Positions 52,700-64,000 of a DNA stretch of 64,000 nt are shown here, piece after piece. A program made the position numbers and the translations under genes. Position 1 is the first letter of the stretch. The number at the start of each line of letters is the position of its first letter. Under the pieces are notes generated by a model. That model searched no databases. It was not told the origin of the DNA and worked only from the letters and a program-made list of their open reading frames with translations. Source of the DNA: Lama glama (Eukaryota); assembly GCA_028534125.1 (NCBI GenBank), contig CM052816.1, positions 6,946,001 to 7,010,000 of the forward strand, in the 5' to 3' direction.

Positions 52700-53410
52700 A
52701 GACACCCCGGGCGGGTTGGCGCCCCGGCGGGGAGCGGACGTGTGCAAAGGGCGCCGGGCTTCGCGCCGCGCTTCCCGCGGTCCGGGCCCGCCGAGCCGGC
52801 CTCTGAGGGCGAGGGGGCTGTGACGAGCCTCGCCTCCGAGGTGGCGGGTGGTCCCCGGTGGTTGCTGAGGGCCCTCGCTAGCTGTGACGGGCCTGGGGCC
52901 CCAGCCTGGGTCCGCCTGTTTGAAACGCCGGGGAAGTCAAGCGGACCCGCCTCACGGAGCTGCGAGGACGCCACTAATGGCGCCCGAGCGCGGTCTGCGC
53001 GTCCCGGAAGTGAATTCACTTCTAGAACATTCGCTGCCGACCTCGGCAAGTTCGAGCCGCCTGGTGCTGGGGGCTCTGACAACGGGAGGGTAGGATCCAC
53101 CGGGGGCGTCACCAAGGGCTCACTGAACGAGGAGACGAGACCGTCACCCGCACACCTGGGCCTCCCGGCGCCGCCGACCCGGGAGGAAGAGGGACCATTT
53201 CCGGCCGCGATGAGCGGGAGGTGGGGCAGGGGTCGTGCAGCGAGAGGAGGAGCGACTCCGTGAGGAAAACCCCAGAAACACGGAAACGAGAGAAGACAAA
53301 CCGTGGAAGAGTTAGGTCCTGAGCGTTTCTTCGGGAACTCAGGAAGGAAGAGTTTCCTCCTTGCGTGAGATAAAGAACCCCGAGCAGCTGGTGGTTAGGC
53401 CGAGGGCAAG
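52700..53410. promoter_or_regulatory. Intragenic CpG island with promoter-type motifs
   Basis: Densest CpG/GC stretch of the window. ETS CCGGAAGTG at 53004-53012, second ETS ATTTCCGG near 53197, HSE at 53020-53032, GC box near 52640. Confidence 0.85.
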
Positions 53411-54672
53411 TGAAGGAAGAAACTGGTAGTAAAATAAATACATGGGTAATTAAATAAAAAATAAGAATTAAAAGAAAAAGAATTAAAAATATATAAATAA
53501 AAGACAACCTGTACCAGGTAGGGAAAAAAAGACATTGGGAGAGATCTGAACCAGTGCCTAGGTGATGAGTATCCTCCAGGTAAAAATGAGCTTGGAAGCT
53601 GAGACTGCTGGGTGTTTTTGGAGGGACTTTGTTAGCAAATGGAAGATGCTTTTCCAACTGAAGTCACTGTGCTGAAAGCAAAATGTCATTGGAAAATGGG
53701 AGGCCAGAGTTATATTGTAGACTTAGGTCTTGAGAACAAAGTGGTGTATAGAATATATTTTCATCAGGGTAAGTGGAGCCCTACCCAATTCTATATGTAA
53801 TTTTATAAAAAATCCTCCTGGTCATTAAAAAAAAAGAGAGAGAGAGGGAAGAATTATCTGATCCAATCCTTTCAATGCCCAGGGAGGAACAGAGGCCAGA
53901 GGGGGAAATCAACAATGAATTTATGCCCAACAATGAGTTAATGCCCAGCCCAGACAAGGACTGAGGCCTCTAAGTCTCTTATCACCATGACAATTTTCCC
54001 TAAAATTTAGTTATTTTTTTCACTGATAGTAAGCAACATAAATTTCAATGGTACAGGATAATTTTATTTTACTTATCATAAATTTTATTTTACTAAGTAG
54101 TAGAATTTACCTATTTCATTATAATACTGAGAGTTTATTTTAAGCTAAAAAAGTCAAATTAAAAGTAAATTAATTAACAGTATATGAATTGGGCAAAACT
54201 CATCATATGATATGCAAGTGATTTGGGTTTGGAGAATACTGTACTCTACTATTCCATCTTGGACATTGCCAGTGTATTCAGTGGGAAAATACTAGAAGGA
54301 CTTGTGAAGTTGGGTCAGTTCTAAGCAAGGCCTAACTTTACCTTTAAGTCCCAAAACCTCCTCAGGTGAATCACAGACATGGTCTGCTATTTGAATTGAA
54401 ATAGTTGTTTAAAAGATTTGGGGGGAAAGTAGGCACATTCTGCAGGCAGAGCACAGTGGGGATGAGGTCACCAACAAGTGTCTAAGCTACATTCATAGTT
54501 TTCCATTCCCTTATGTTAGAATGACATCTGTGACTCCCAACCCTTTGCCTTACAGATACGAATTCCTCTAAATAATATTTATAATTAATAATATTATAGA
54601 TAACATGTATTTAGGACCTACTGTACTCCAGGAACTTCTCTAAAAGTTTGATAGGCATTAACTATTTAATCT

Positions 54673-54825
54673 GGGGGAAGGGTATAGCTCACACGGTAGA
54701 GCACATGCTTAGCAAGCTCCAAAGTCCTGGGTTCAGTCTCCAGTACTCCCTCTAATAATAAATAAACCTAATTACCTTCCCCACCAAAATAAAATAATTA
54801 AATAATACAATAATAAATTTAAAAA
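54673..54825 (+). mobile_element. Camelid SINE (Vic-1-like) inserted in a MIR
   Basis: ggggaagggtatagctcacacggtagagcacatgcttagc...; perfect 13-bp TSD AACTATTTAATCT (54660-54672 / 54826-54838). Confidence 0.9.
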
Positions 54826-55700
54826 AACTATTTAATCTTTATGGCAATCCTTTGAAGTGGGTACTATTATCATCCCCATTCCATGGATGAGGAGGCTAAG
54901 GCAAGTGATCTCCCAAACCTGGATGCCTGTGGGCCACCTTGCTAATCCAGCTCAAAGTCTTCATATGCAGAAAGACATTGTACATACCTCCCCAAAGATG
55001 TGGTGGGGCAGGATGGATGGAGTAGAGTCTCTGACAAAGAAAATTGAGAGGTTTCACTCCAAATCACAGCCTTTCCCTGTGAGGAAGGGAGGTGAAGGAG
55101 AACTTGACAAAACACTTCCCCTCAGTTCTGCTACCCAAGGTCCTGATTTTCTTTCCATCGGTCACCATGGAATTTATGAAGAAATGAAAGAAAATAAATG
55201 ACACTGGGCAAGAAATAAAAAGGGGGAAAAATAAGAAGTGGGAGGAAAAGTGGGAGGCAAGTAGAATAATAAAGAAGAAAGAGCACTCAGCTCAAATCTG
55301 CTCTGGGTTTGGACAAGGACCCACTGTGGTGTTCTCTTTCCCTCTCTGGGCCACAGTATTCTCATCTGTAAAATGGATGAGTGGACTGTATGTACTAAAG
55401 GACTTTGAACATGTCTCTCAGCTCCATCATTCTAGGATTCATAAACAAATGAAGGGATAGGAAGAAGGTAGAGGACCAGAAGGGGAGAGAAATGTTGGTA
55501 GGAAGATGCAAATGCTAAAGAAGAATAATGAAAGGAGGAGGAAACAAGAGAAGAAAGGAAGGCATTTCTGAAAGTAGGTAGAATCTGTTAATTTTGTTGA
55601 AAGTGGAGAAGGAAGGACTTCCACATCAAGAATTAACAACAATAAAAGCTTTATTCTCAGGCAGCCAACTCTATATCTCCCACCCATGAGAATCATTCCT

Positions 55701-55859
55701 AATGCTGGTGATGGCCATGGCTGCTGTTGGTGGGAGCCAAGGCAGATGCTGGTAAGTGTCACGGCAGATGTTGGTGAGAGTCATGGCGAATGTTGATGAG
55801 AACTATGGCTGATGTTGGTAATAGTCATGGCTGATGTTGGTGGGGACCATGGCTGATGT
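55701..55859. repeat. 22-bp minisatellite, 7 full units plus a partial
   Basis: Consensus GATGTTGGT-N6-CATGGCT, units in exact 22-bp register from 55701. Confidence 0.9.
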
Positions 55860-56924
55860 CTGAAGAACAGGAGCCTGAAGAGAGCCCTAAAGCGAGGGAA
55901 GATGTTGCCTTGTTTTCTGTGTCTAGAAAGGAGGGGCAGCCTCTTCTCTGGGTCTGACAACAAGCAACAATGATCAACATATTCCTAGGTTTTGAGAGAT
56001 GTCCTGGGGAAATGACTAGAGAATATACCCAAAGGAGCTACAACTGCAACATTACTACCTTGTGCCCTTGAGGATGCAATCCTGAGAACCATTAAACAGA
56101 GAAAATCCCAGGCCAGAAAGAGATCTTCCAAGGTCATCTTTTCCATGCCACTAAGCATCCCTTCCCTAACTGCCCTGTGCCAAAGGACTTAGCACAGAAT
56201 GGCACTCAGCCATATTCTCTAATCTTTTCATAGTCATTTGAGCCATCCTAGGCATTGGGGCTCCTGAAGACAAAAAGAGTGCCTTCAATTGATTGACTAT
56301 ACTTTAATCCATATGGCACAGTGCTAGGCATACGATGGGCTCTCCAAACCCATCTGATGATGGATCAATAGGCAAAGTGATTCTAATCTCTCTCTCTCTC
56401 AATAGTATCTGTTCTGTTGCTTAACATTTCAGTCTAAGCATTCTTCCTTTGGTTTACTCCACTGCCCCTGTTCCAAAGTCCAAACTGTCATTTGCCTAAG
56501 GGGACAGAACCTGGCAGATACCTGCCTCTGCAGAAGTGAGGTAGATTACCCACTCTCCAGGTGGCATCTCCAAATCTGCAATTGACCTCAAGGAAGAAAT
56601 GAATAGATAGGGTCACTATATAAAAGCACAGGTGCAAGTAAATTTTTAAAAAGACCATAGATAATTGTTCACATATAATGAGCCACTTCTGTATACTAGG
56701 TTCTTGGCTAAAGAATTTATCTGAATTTTTTACTCTTCCAACAAATCTAAATTTAGAATTAAGAGTTCCCTGTTTACAGATAAAGAAACTGAGGCTCAGA
56801 GAGGTTAAGGAACTTTCAAGGTCATACAAGTAAGTAGTAAATTTATAATTCTAGCCCACTCCTTAGCTGGCTCATCCTTACAATATGCTACTAAGAGTTC
56901 AGCCTATAAGTGAACACTTCTAGA

Positions 56925-57540
56925 GACAAGAAACTCACCATCTCCTTAGGCAGCCTCTTCCATTATTGGGTAACTCTAATGGTCGAAGTATTCTTTCCTC
57001 ACATTATCAGACAGCCGCCTCCTTCTCTGAAAGTCCTACCTGCTTCCTTGGTTATGTGGAACAAGTCAGTGGGCTACTGAAGGTACCTAAACTATAGAAT
57101 CAGAAAGATCTGATTCTATTCCTACCCTACCACCTACTAGCCATGTAACTTTCAACCAAGTCACTTCTGCCATCTGTGTCTTGGTTGCTTTGTCTGAAAA
57201 ACAGGAACACAAATATGTACCTCATACAGTGTTTTGGAGAAGAAATAAGTAATATTTGCAAAGGGCTTAATTCAGTGCCTGGCAAATAGTAAACATCCAA
57301 GAATATTATTTTACTAAGTTGAGTTCCTCTTCCCCATGACAGCCCTACAGAGATTTGTAAAAAATGATCTGTCTATGTTTTCTCTGAGCCAAACACCCAC
57401 AGAGTCTTTAATTATTCCTTACAGGTCAACTTCAAGTTTGTTTACCAGCCCAGTTCTTTTCTGGACCAGCTCCAACCTGTTAATGTCCCTCTTAAGATGC
57501 AGGACCTATGATGGAATACAATACATTAACCAAGATTTGA
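56925..57540 (-). mobile_element. CR1/L3-like LINE fragment interrupted by a MIR (~57085-57310)
   Basis: gaaactcaccatctccttaggcagcctcttccattattggg...ccccatgacagccc...ttaatgtccctcttaagatg. Confidence 0.55.
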
Positions 57541-59477
57541 AGTACAGCCCACATCCAGTATTTCCTGCCATATCTGCCTCTTTTAGTCTTTAGGCTTTTC
57601 TGAAGTTTTTCAGAATTATTAGGTGTAACCTAGACTGACATAAAATCTTAGTGAAGAATATTTGAATCTTACAAGCAGAAATTTTTATTTTTATCTGTAA
57701 TAATGGCTGACATACTAAGTGGTTTCTATCCAGCATGCATTAACCCTTGACATGTATTTTTTCAGCTCCAGCAATCCTAGGAGTACTATTATTACCATTA
57801 TTTTACTGAAAAAGAAAATCACCGCAGATTTGAAGGGGTTAAGTGACTTGCCCAAGATCACACAGCCATGTGGCAGAATCAGATTTTAGTTGACCACGCT
57901 ATCCCACCTCTCATTTCAAGCATTTATGGGGTGTTTATTATCTATAAGTACTTTCAGAGATAAAAATGGAATATAACACAGACAGAAGACATAGGCAGGG
58001 CAATTTAATAGAAAAGGAAGTGTATCGCACCCAGCTACATAGGACTTCTGAACTACGCTGTCACAAAGATCTCTCCTTCTCCCCTCCAGCACAGTCAAAC
58101 ATCTATGGCTTTTTGGGCCATCTGAGTTACTGGGGAAAAAGAGAAAAGCAGTCATTTCTCTTCTTCAACTTTCACTGCTCACCACTGCCTTCAGCCCTTG
58201 CTCCTAGCAGACGCCGCCTTATGAAGAATTCATTTTCACTGAGGAGCTGAGCTGCTGGTACTAGGGTGGGGAAAGGCCCCCTTACCCCGGTAAAGCCTTT
58301 CTGCCTTAGAAATAGCCGTACCCTTTGACTCAGCAATTTTGCTTCTAGGATATGAACAGACGTTTGTGATCAAGGGGGTTTTTTGCAGTATAAATTATAA
58401 CAGCTAAATATTGGAAATAATGTAAATGCCTATGAATAGAGGGGTGGTTAAATGAATACTAACACAGCCACACAATGGCCTATGCAGTCATTTAAAACTG
58501 TATTTCTAAAGTAGCAGGAGAAAATGTTCATTTAGAATCTTCAGTAAAAAAAAAGGAAACAAAACTGACTGTAATCTATAGAAGCAAAAAAAAAAACTAG
58601 AAAAAATTTACTAATATGTTAACAGTAGATAATGGAATTTCCAGGTAGGTTTTATTTTATTCTTTGAACCTCATTGTATTTTTCCAATGTGCATTTATTG
58701 CTTTAAGATCAGAGGGAAACATTCTTTTTTAAAGGGTGAAAGAATCTGGTCTGAGGGCTGCCAGCCAGCTTGTGAAGAACAGTTTTTGCCAATGGACAGT
58801 TTCCACCTGTGTAGCAGCAATTACTACCCCGTTACCATCAGATCATCTTAATCCTATTGATTGAAATGCCAAAGTAATTCTATTAATTTACTGCTTAAGC
58901 AATAAATTACTGAGAACACAGCGGAAGAATTCCCAGAGAGTACTGTGGTCCACTTCTAGGTGTGAGAGTGGGTGGTCCTTGTAGATTCAATCGTAAAACA
59001 CAAAGAAGCCTCTCGAAGTTTCTATATTCACCTCCCATCATAGAGCCTAGATCAAACAATGAAAATCTGGACCAGTAACAATTGTATTGAACATTTACAA
59101 TGTGCCAGGCCCCAAGGTAAGCACTACAGAAGAGTTATTTACTCTTTACCACAACCCTGTGAGTAACAAAAACTCTTATCCATTTTACACATGCAGAAAC
59201 ACGGACAGACAGGATAAGCAATTTGTCCCAAGGCCACACAGCTAGTAAACAGTAGAGCCTGGATTTGATGGCAGAATTCACATACTTAACCCTGGACCAT
59301 GCTCCTGTTTCAGTCTAGAAATGTAGTATCTTACGCTTTCTTCAACATGACTTTAAACAGTGATTTATAAGTTAGGACAGGAGGGATCTGCACTCCAAGG
59401 ATGAAGAAACTATGCTTCCATATAGTAAAGGACTTGCTCACCACCCGCAGGAGCATCAAAACAGTCAAACTCATGAT

Positions 59478-59650
59478 TTTTTTTTTCAATTGACATGTAG
59501 TCGATTCACAATGTTAATTTCAGATGTACCGCAAAGCAATTCAGTTATACATACACATACATTTTTTTTGCAGATTCTTTTCCATTACAGCTCATTACAA
59601 GCAATTGAATATAGTTCCCTATGGTATACAGTAGGTCTTTGTTGTTACTC
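59478..59650 (-). mobile_element. L1 3' terminus
   Basis: T-tail, then attgaatatagttccctatggtatacagtaggtctttgttg, the reverse complement of the L1 3'UTR. Confidence 0.85.
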
Positions 59651-60028
59651 TACACCCTCGGCATGGCTCATTTGCCTCTGAGACATGCAACAAGAAGCAG
59701 AAGGCAGTGGAATTTGGGCCTTCCGCTTGGGCCGCCTGTGAGCTACAGAAAGGTGACCCTGCCTGAGGATCCTGAAGGTACAGGATAGAAAATAAAGAAA
59801 CCCCAGAAGCGATGACCCTTGCCATCCTTTCGCCATTAGCCCTCCTTCATCCTAAAACCAGGAAGAGGCACTAGCCACAGCACCTTATCCTTCTCTCATC
59901 GTCCATCTACTTTTCTTTCAGCTCATTAAGTCCCACAGGCTTCACTGACACGACTTCTCCTAAACTCTCCTCAGTAAATTGTCCTTATAGAAGCATAGAA
60001 TAAACCGCAGAGGAACAGGAACTTAATG

Positions 60029-60280
60029 CACAAGATCTTACTGTATAGCAAAGGGAACTATATTCAGTATCTTGTAGTAAGCTATAATGAAAAAGAATAT
60101 GAAAAGAAATATATAATGTGTATAACTGAATCACCATGCTGTACACCAGAAATTAACACATTGTAACTCACTATACTTCAATTTTTAAAAATATGGAAAG
60201 GAATATATATACATGTATAACTGAATCACTATGCTGTACATCAGAAATTAACACATTGTAAACAAACTATACTTTTTTTT
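60029..60280 (+). mobile_element. L1 3' terminus with tandemly doubled end
   Basis: The ~85-bp block aatatg.aaag.aatatata...tataactgaatcac.atgctgtaca.cagaaattaacacattgtaa occurs twice. Confidence 0.85.
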
Positions 60281-62159
60281 AAATATTGTGTATTCAAGTT
60301 GAGTGAGCTGTTTAACACATTTGAACAGCTTATCCAAAACATACGGCAAAATTCTACCTCAATTAATTTATCAACTCAGCTACCAAATTGCCTTGATTAA
60401 GTCATTTCCCTTTCTGAGCATCAGTTTCCTCACCTGAAAACTAGAGAAGGGTTGGATGAATTAGACAGGGAAAGTTCTTGGCTCTGCACATTGTGCCTAG
60501 AAAGTGATCATTGGGAGCCATCACCATTACTGTTACTTAATCCTCAGCCAATTTCCTCAGCTATAAAATGGAAATGATCATCCCTATTGACATTACAAAG
60601 TCCTAATAGTCATTAATTTATAGCAGGTGCTCAATAAATGTCTTTTTTTGATGCACAAGATGTCTCGGTCCCATAATTCTGTGACTCTTCTACCCACTTC
60701 TTCCGTAAGAGGTTAGAACCTGCTGAGTGAGACAAGGAAGTTTCACCCACTGAGCATAGCTGCAGCTCTGTCTTAGAGGATTCAGGGGAATCAAAAAAGG
60801 CTATTTAGAGCGTCATTAGAGCCCTGGAGCCTCCGTAAAACTCTGTATTTACATGCAGATATCCACTTCAACTAAACCCTCTTAGATCACAGTTAAGTGT
60901 TCTCTTTCTGAAGACTAGCCACTCAGTTTATTAAAGGCAGATGCAGATTTTAATACAAGTCACTTTTTCTATAAAGGTCATTTCTTCCTCAGTACCCTGT
61001 GATTGTTTTATTTTCTCAATATTCTCCTTTGAATCACAGTCTCTTGGATGCTTGAAGACCACACATATCCAAGTTTCACTCCTATGAAAATCTCTGTTTT
61101 CTCTGGGATAAACAGCCCCATTTTGCTGATGCATTTCCTGTGGGTTAATTGCAACTTGGCTTATATTTCTGCTATAGGTTTGAACTAGTGTAGATCTGGG
61201 AGGGAAAAATGATATGTTTTTCTAATATCCCAGATATTCAAACACTTTATTGTCTTCACATAGATTTTCCTCTATTAATTTGGGAGTTGTTAGAAAACAA
61301 GGGTTGTGGCATATCCAGTACTGATATCCTTAAGAGAAAAAACTGTGGGGTTAGGTGTATCTGGATAAGTTATTTAACCTCAATGAACCTCAATTTCCTC
61401 ATGAGTAAAATGGGAGTAATGATATCCAACCCATAGGACTACATTCAGGATTAAATATAGCTCTTAGTGTAACATCTGATACTTTATATCCACTCAATAA
61501 GGACTAACTGTTATTATTTTATTATTTATATCCTGCTCAATCACCTAGTACAATCTCTGACATATAGTAGGCACTTCATAATTATTTTAGATAATAAATA
61601 AGTAAACAAATGAATAAATCAGTACTATCTCAAATGAGATGATGATTATCTAAAAATGCCTAGTGGATGAAAAAAAGCTACCTGACTTAAGAAGGGAAAG
61701 AGTTTATTCCCACAGCATCTTTAAGCATCATGACCTGTTGTCATTCAAATGACACCTTGCAGTTGGTAAAGGCAGGTGGTATTTTAAAGATGGGTGAAAC
61801 TGAGACAGAGAAACATGAAATGAAAGACAAGAAGATGCCCCAACCCCTAGTCATGTTAGAACACTGCCATCTGAGACCCTGAGATGGTCTCTTCACCCTT
61901 CAGTTGATCCTCAGTGTCGTCACTTGTATGTGGAGATGCTGCCATGGGGGTGGCATGAGGATCAAATGAACTGTATCATATAAACCCAAAGTATTATTTG
62001 TGGAATGATCATCATCCTGTTCTCAACCCATAATTTCCAATTCCCAGAGCCCCGTGAATTCTCATTTATAGTTCCAAAGAGCCATAAAAACATTTCTATC
62101 ATAAACCAGAGCAGCTCCTCAGAAGGACTTTGCAAATCAGTATCACTTGGGAGAGTCAA

Positions 62160-62390
62160 CACAATGTAGTGGTTAATAGTGTGGGCTTTAGAGACCAGCT
62201 GACTACTGGGCTCCGCCACTTATCAGCTACACGACCTCTGCTAAATTTCTGAAAATGCAAGCATCAGTTTCCTCATCTGTAAAATGGAGGTAGTGATGTC
62301 ATCTTCATAGGATTGTTAAGATTAAATACAGTAACGTATGTAAAGTACCCAGCACACAGTAAGTACTTAGTGAATGGTAGCTATTACTAC
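62160..62390 (+). mobile_element. MIR SINE, near full length
   Basis: gtagtggttaa...tcagtttcctcatctgtaaaatggagg...cataggattgtt..gattaaat...gtaagtact. Many other MIR fragments occur in the window and are not listed. Confidence 0.85.
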
Positions 62391-63729
62391 CATTAGCTAT
62401 TATCATATCTTTATCTGTTTTTATCATATTACTATTTCTCCTCAATATTTATACTCCCAGGTCTTTGCAACATCAAATGACCATTCCCTGCTGACCAGTA
62501 AAATCTTTTTTCCCAAAACTTTTTGTCCAGAATCCCTGAGCTCCATTCTCCACAAAGACATACATTTCCAGTGAGATTTATCTGATTTAAAACTAAGCTT
62601 CAATGAAGGTAATAAGAGTGATCTGCTCTCCTGTCCAACTTGTGGGACACAAGCTGAAACCACAAGGCCTGCTAAGAGCTTTGAGCCGGGCAGAATGACC
62701 CCACTGTCCTGTTCTTCAGCACTCAAGCCGCTCAAGGATCCCCCCAAGTTCCTCACTGGGAATTCTCATCTGGGGGCTTCTTGATGCCCACGGGCTTAAG
62801 CCAAGAAATCTTTAACCAGGGAACCAGACTGCAGAAGGGCACTGAAGATCAGAAGCACAGGAAAACAACCCTAAGTGAGACATGTAGAGATAGTCAGTGC
62901 AAAGTGAGACAGCTGTAGAATTATAACTAGTGACCTAAGTGGTGAGAGATGTGAGTTTACGCACAGACACAGGTTTGACCTAGGACTCTGATCCGAGTCA
63001 TTCTGGAGGGTGGGGGGTGTTGTAGATGCTCCTAAAATCAAAAAGGGATGGCTTCTTCTCCTATTCTCCCGCCTTGGATTTTCCCAGAGGACATCAGGTA
63101 TTTTCCTCCAGGGAATGATTAAAAATATCAGGGTCAGAGTTTGGGCTTTTGTGACTCCAGTCAAATCATATCGCTGATACCAGGTACCTGCACAGCTAAG
63201 TTCAGCTTCCTCTGAGAGCCAGGAAAGAAGCTGGCCAAAGTCATGCTTTCAGGGTCTTGTCTACATAACACCTGATCGCCCCAATTCCAAGGGAAAGGCA
63301 AGTTAGAGAGCTGTAGGTTGAGCTTTAACCAGAAAACGCCAAGGGCTCCCGTGATTCCAGCCTTGAAAGATGCACATAGGGTAAGAAGAAGGGAGGTGAG
63401 GAAAAAGAAAACATCGACACAATTTAAGCAAATGAAGTGTGATATGCCACAGTTAGACAGTCAAGTCTCATGCTCCTTAAGCCTTGACTATTTTATTCAT
63501 AAAATGGGGACAGACATCCCTACCTCTCAGGTTTTTGAAAGGATAAAATGAGCTAAAATATGTAATGTTGTTTCTTGCCACTAAACAATAAAATAAAAAT
63601 GAAGCTTTTTGGAAACAAAATGAGATTCTGTGAGAGGTAGACACTCCCTCTCCAGGTGAATGCTTTTGATTATCTACAGGTAATTCAACCCTAGACAGAC
63701 TGGGTTTGAGGATCTATGATGCTCTAAGA

Positions 63730-63880
63730 GGGCAAGGACGAGGGTGAAGCATGTGAGACAATTTAAGGAGCACACAATTTAAGGAGGTGCTCACTCTCAG
63801 GGCTCTGCAAGTGCACTTCCACAACCTGGAGAGTAAGCGCCTCCTTAAATTTTGCCAGGTGCCGCATTCATCTCACCCTG
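63730..63880. mobile_element. MER91-like palindromic hAT-Tip100 MITE
   Basis: agggtga...aatttaaggaggtgctcactctc / gagagtaagcgcctccttaaatt...tcaccct are inverted arms. Confidence 0.75.
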
Positions 63881-64000
63881 CTTTGTGGGGATACCTAAAG
63901 CAGAAGAGTTAGTGGAGGGAGCCATCCAGAGGGACAGACTGGAAGCAGTACTCAGGAGTATGAGACACCCCAAGAGAAGCAGACTTCCCTAGGGGCAGGG

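Larger units (their letters stand above)
38668..64000 (+). other. GLRA1: GLRA1 intron 1 (continues past the window)
   Basis: GT donor at 38668. I found no sequence encoding the expected exon 2 peptide ([28 protein letters not shown]) by eye. Confidence 0.8.

Noticed and set aside
52575..53657. Long overlapping ORFs (139-182 aa) in the CpG island
   Set aside because: Low-complexity A/G/P/R-rich translations on both strands are expected from stop-codon scarcity in GC-rich DNA. No recognisable domain.
55701..55859. CRISPR-like repeat/spacer appearance
   Set aside because: Variable parts are only ~6 nt and mutually related, there are no cas genes, and the DNA is mammalian. It is a minisatellite.

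Overview
This is mammalian genomic DNA, most likely camelid (alpaca/llama/camel) judging from tRNA-derived Vic-1-like SINEs and the L1 3' ends; it is not prokaryotic. The only protein-coding sequence I can support is coding exon 1 of GLRA1 (glycine receptor alpha-1, + strand, 38612-38667, MYSFNTLRLYLWETIVFF). It sits in a CpG-enriched promoter with a near-consensus REST/NRSF site (RE1) in the 5'UTR. About 38 kb upstream is intergenic. The remaining ~25 kb is intron 1, and I did not find exon 2. Most of the window is interspersed repeats (L1, L2, L3, MIR, MaLR and ERV1 LTRs, MER/Tigger DNA elements). I see no clear new biological system. The best leads are: (1) an orphan CpG island inside intron 1 with an ETS site, a 16-bp palindrome, a perfect heat-shock element and a strong antisense splice donor; (2) a tailless 5'-half tRNA-Tyr retrocopy nested in a 5'-inverted L1; (3) an unidentified ~0.8 kb processed retrocopy with a 20-bp target-site duplication (TSD). 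Repeat family names come from recalled consensus sequences, not a database search. Boundaries without TSDs are approximate.
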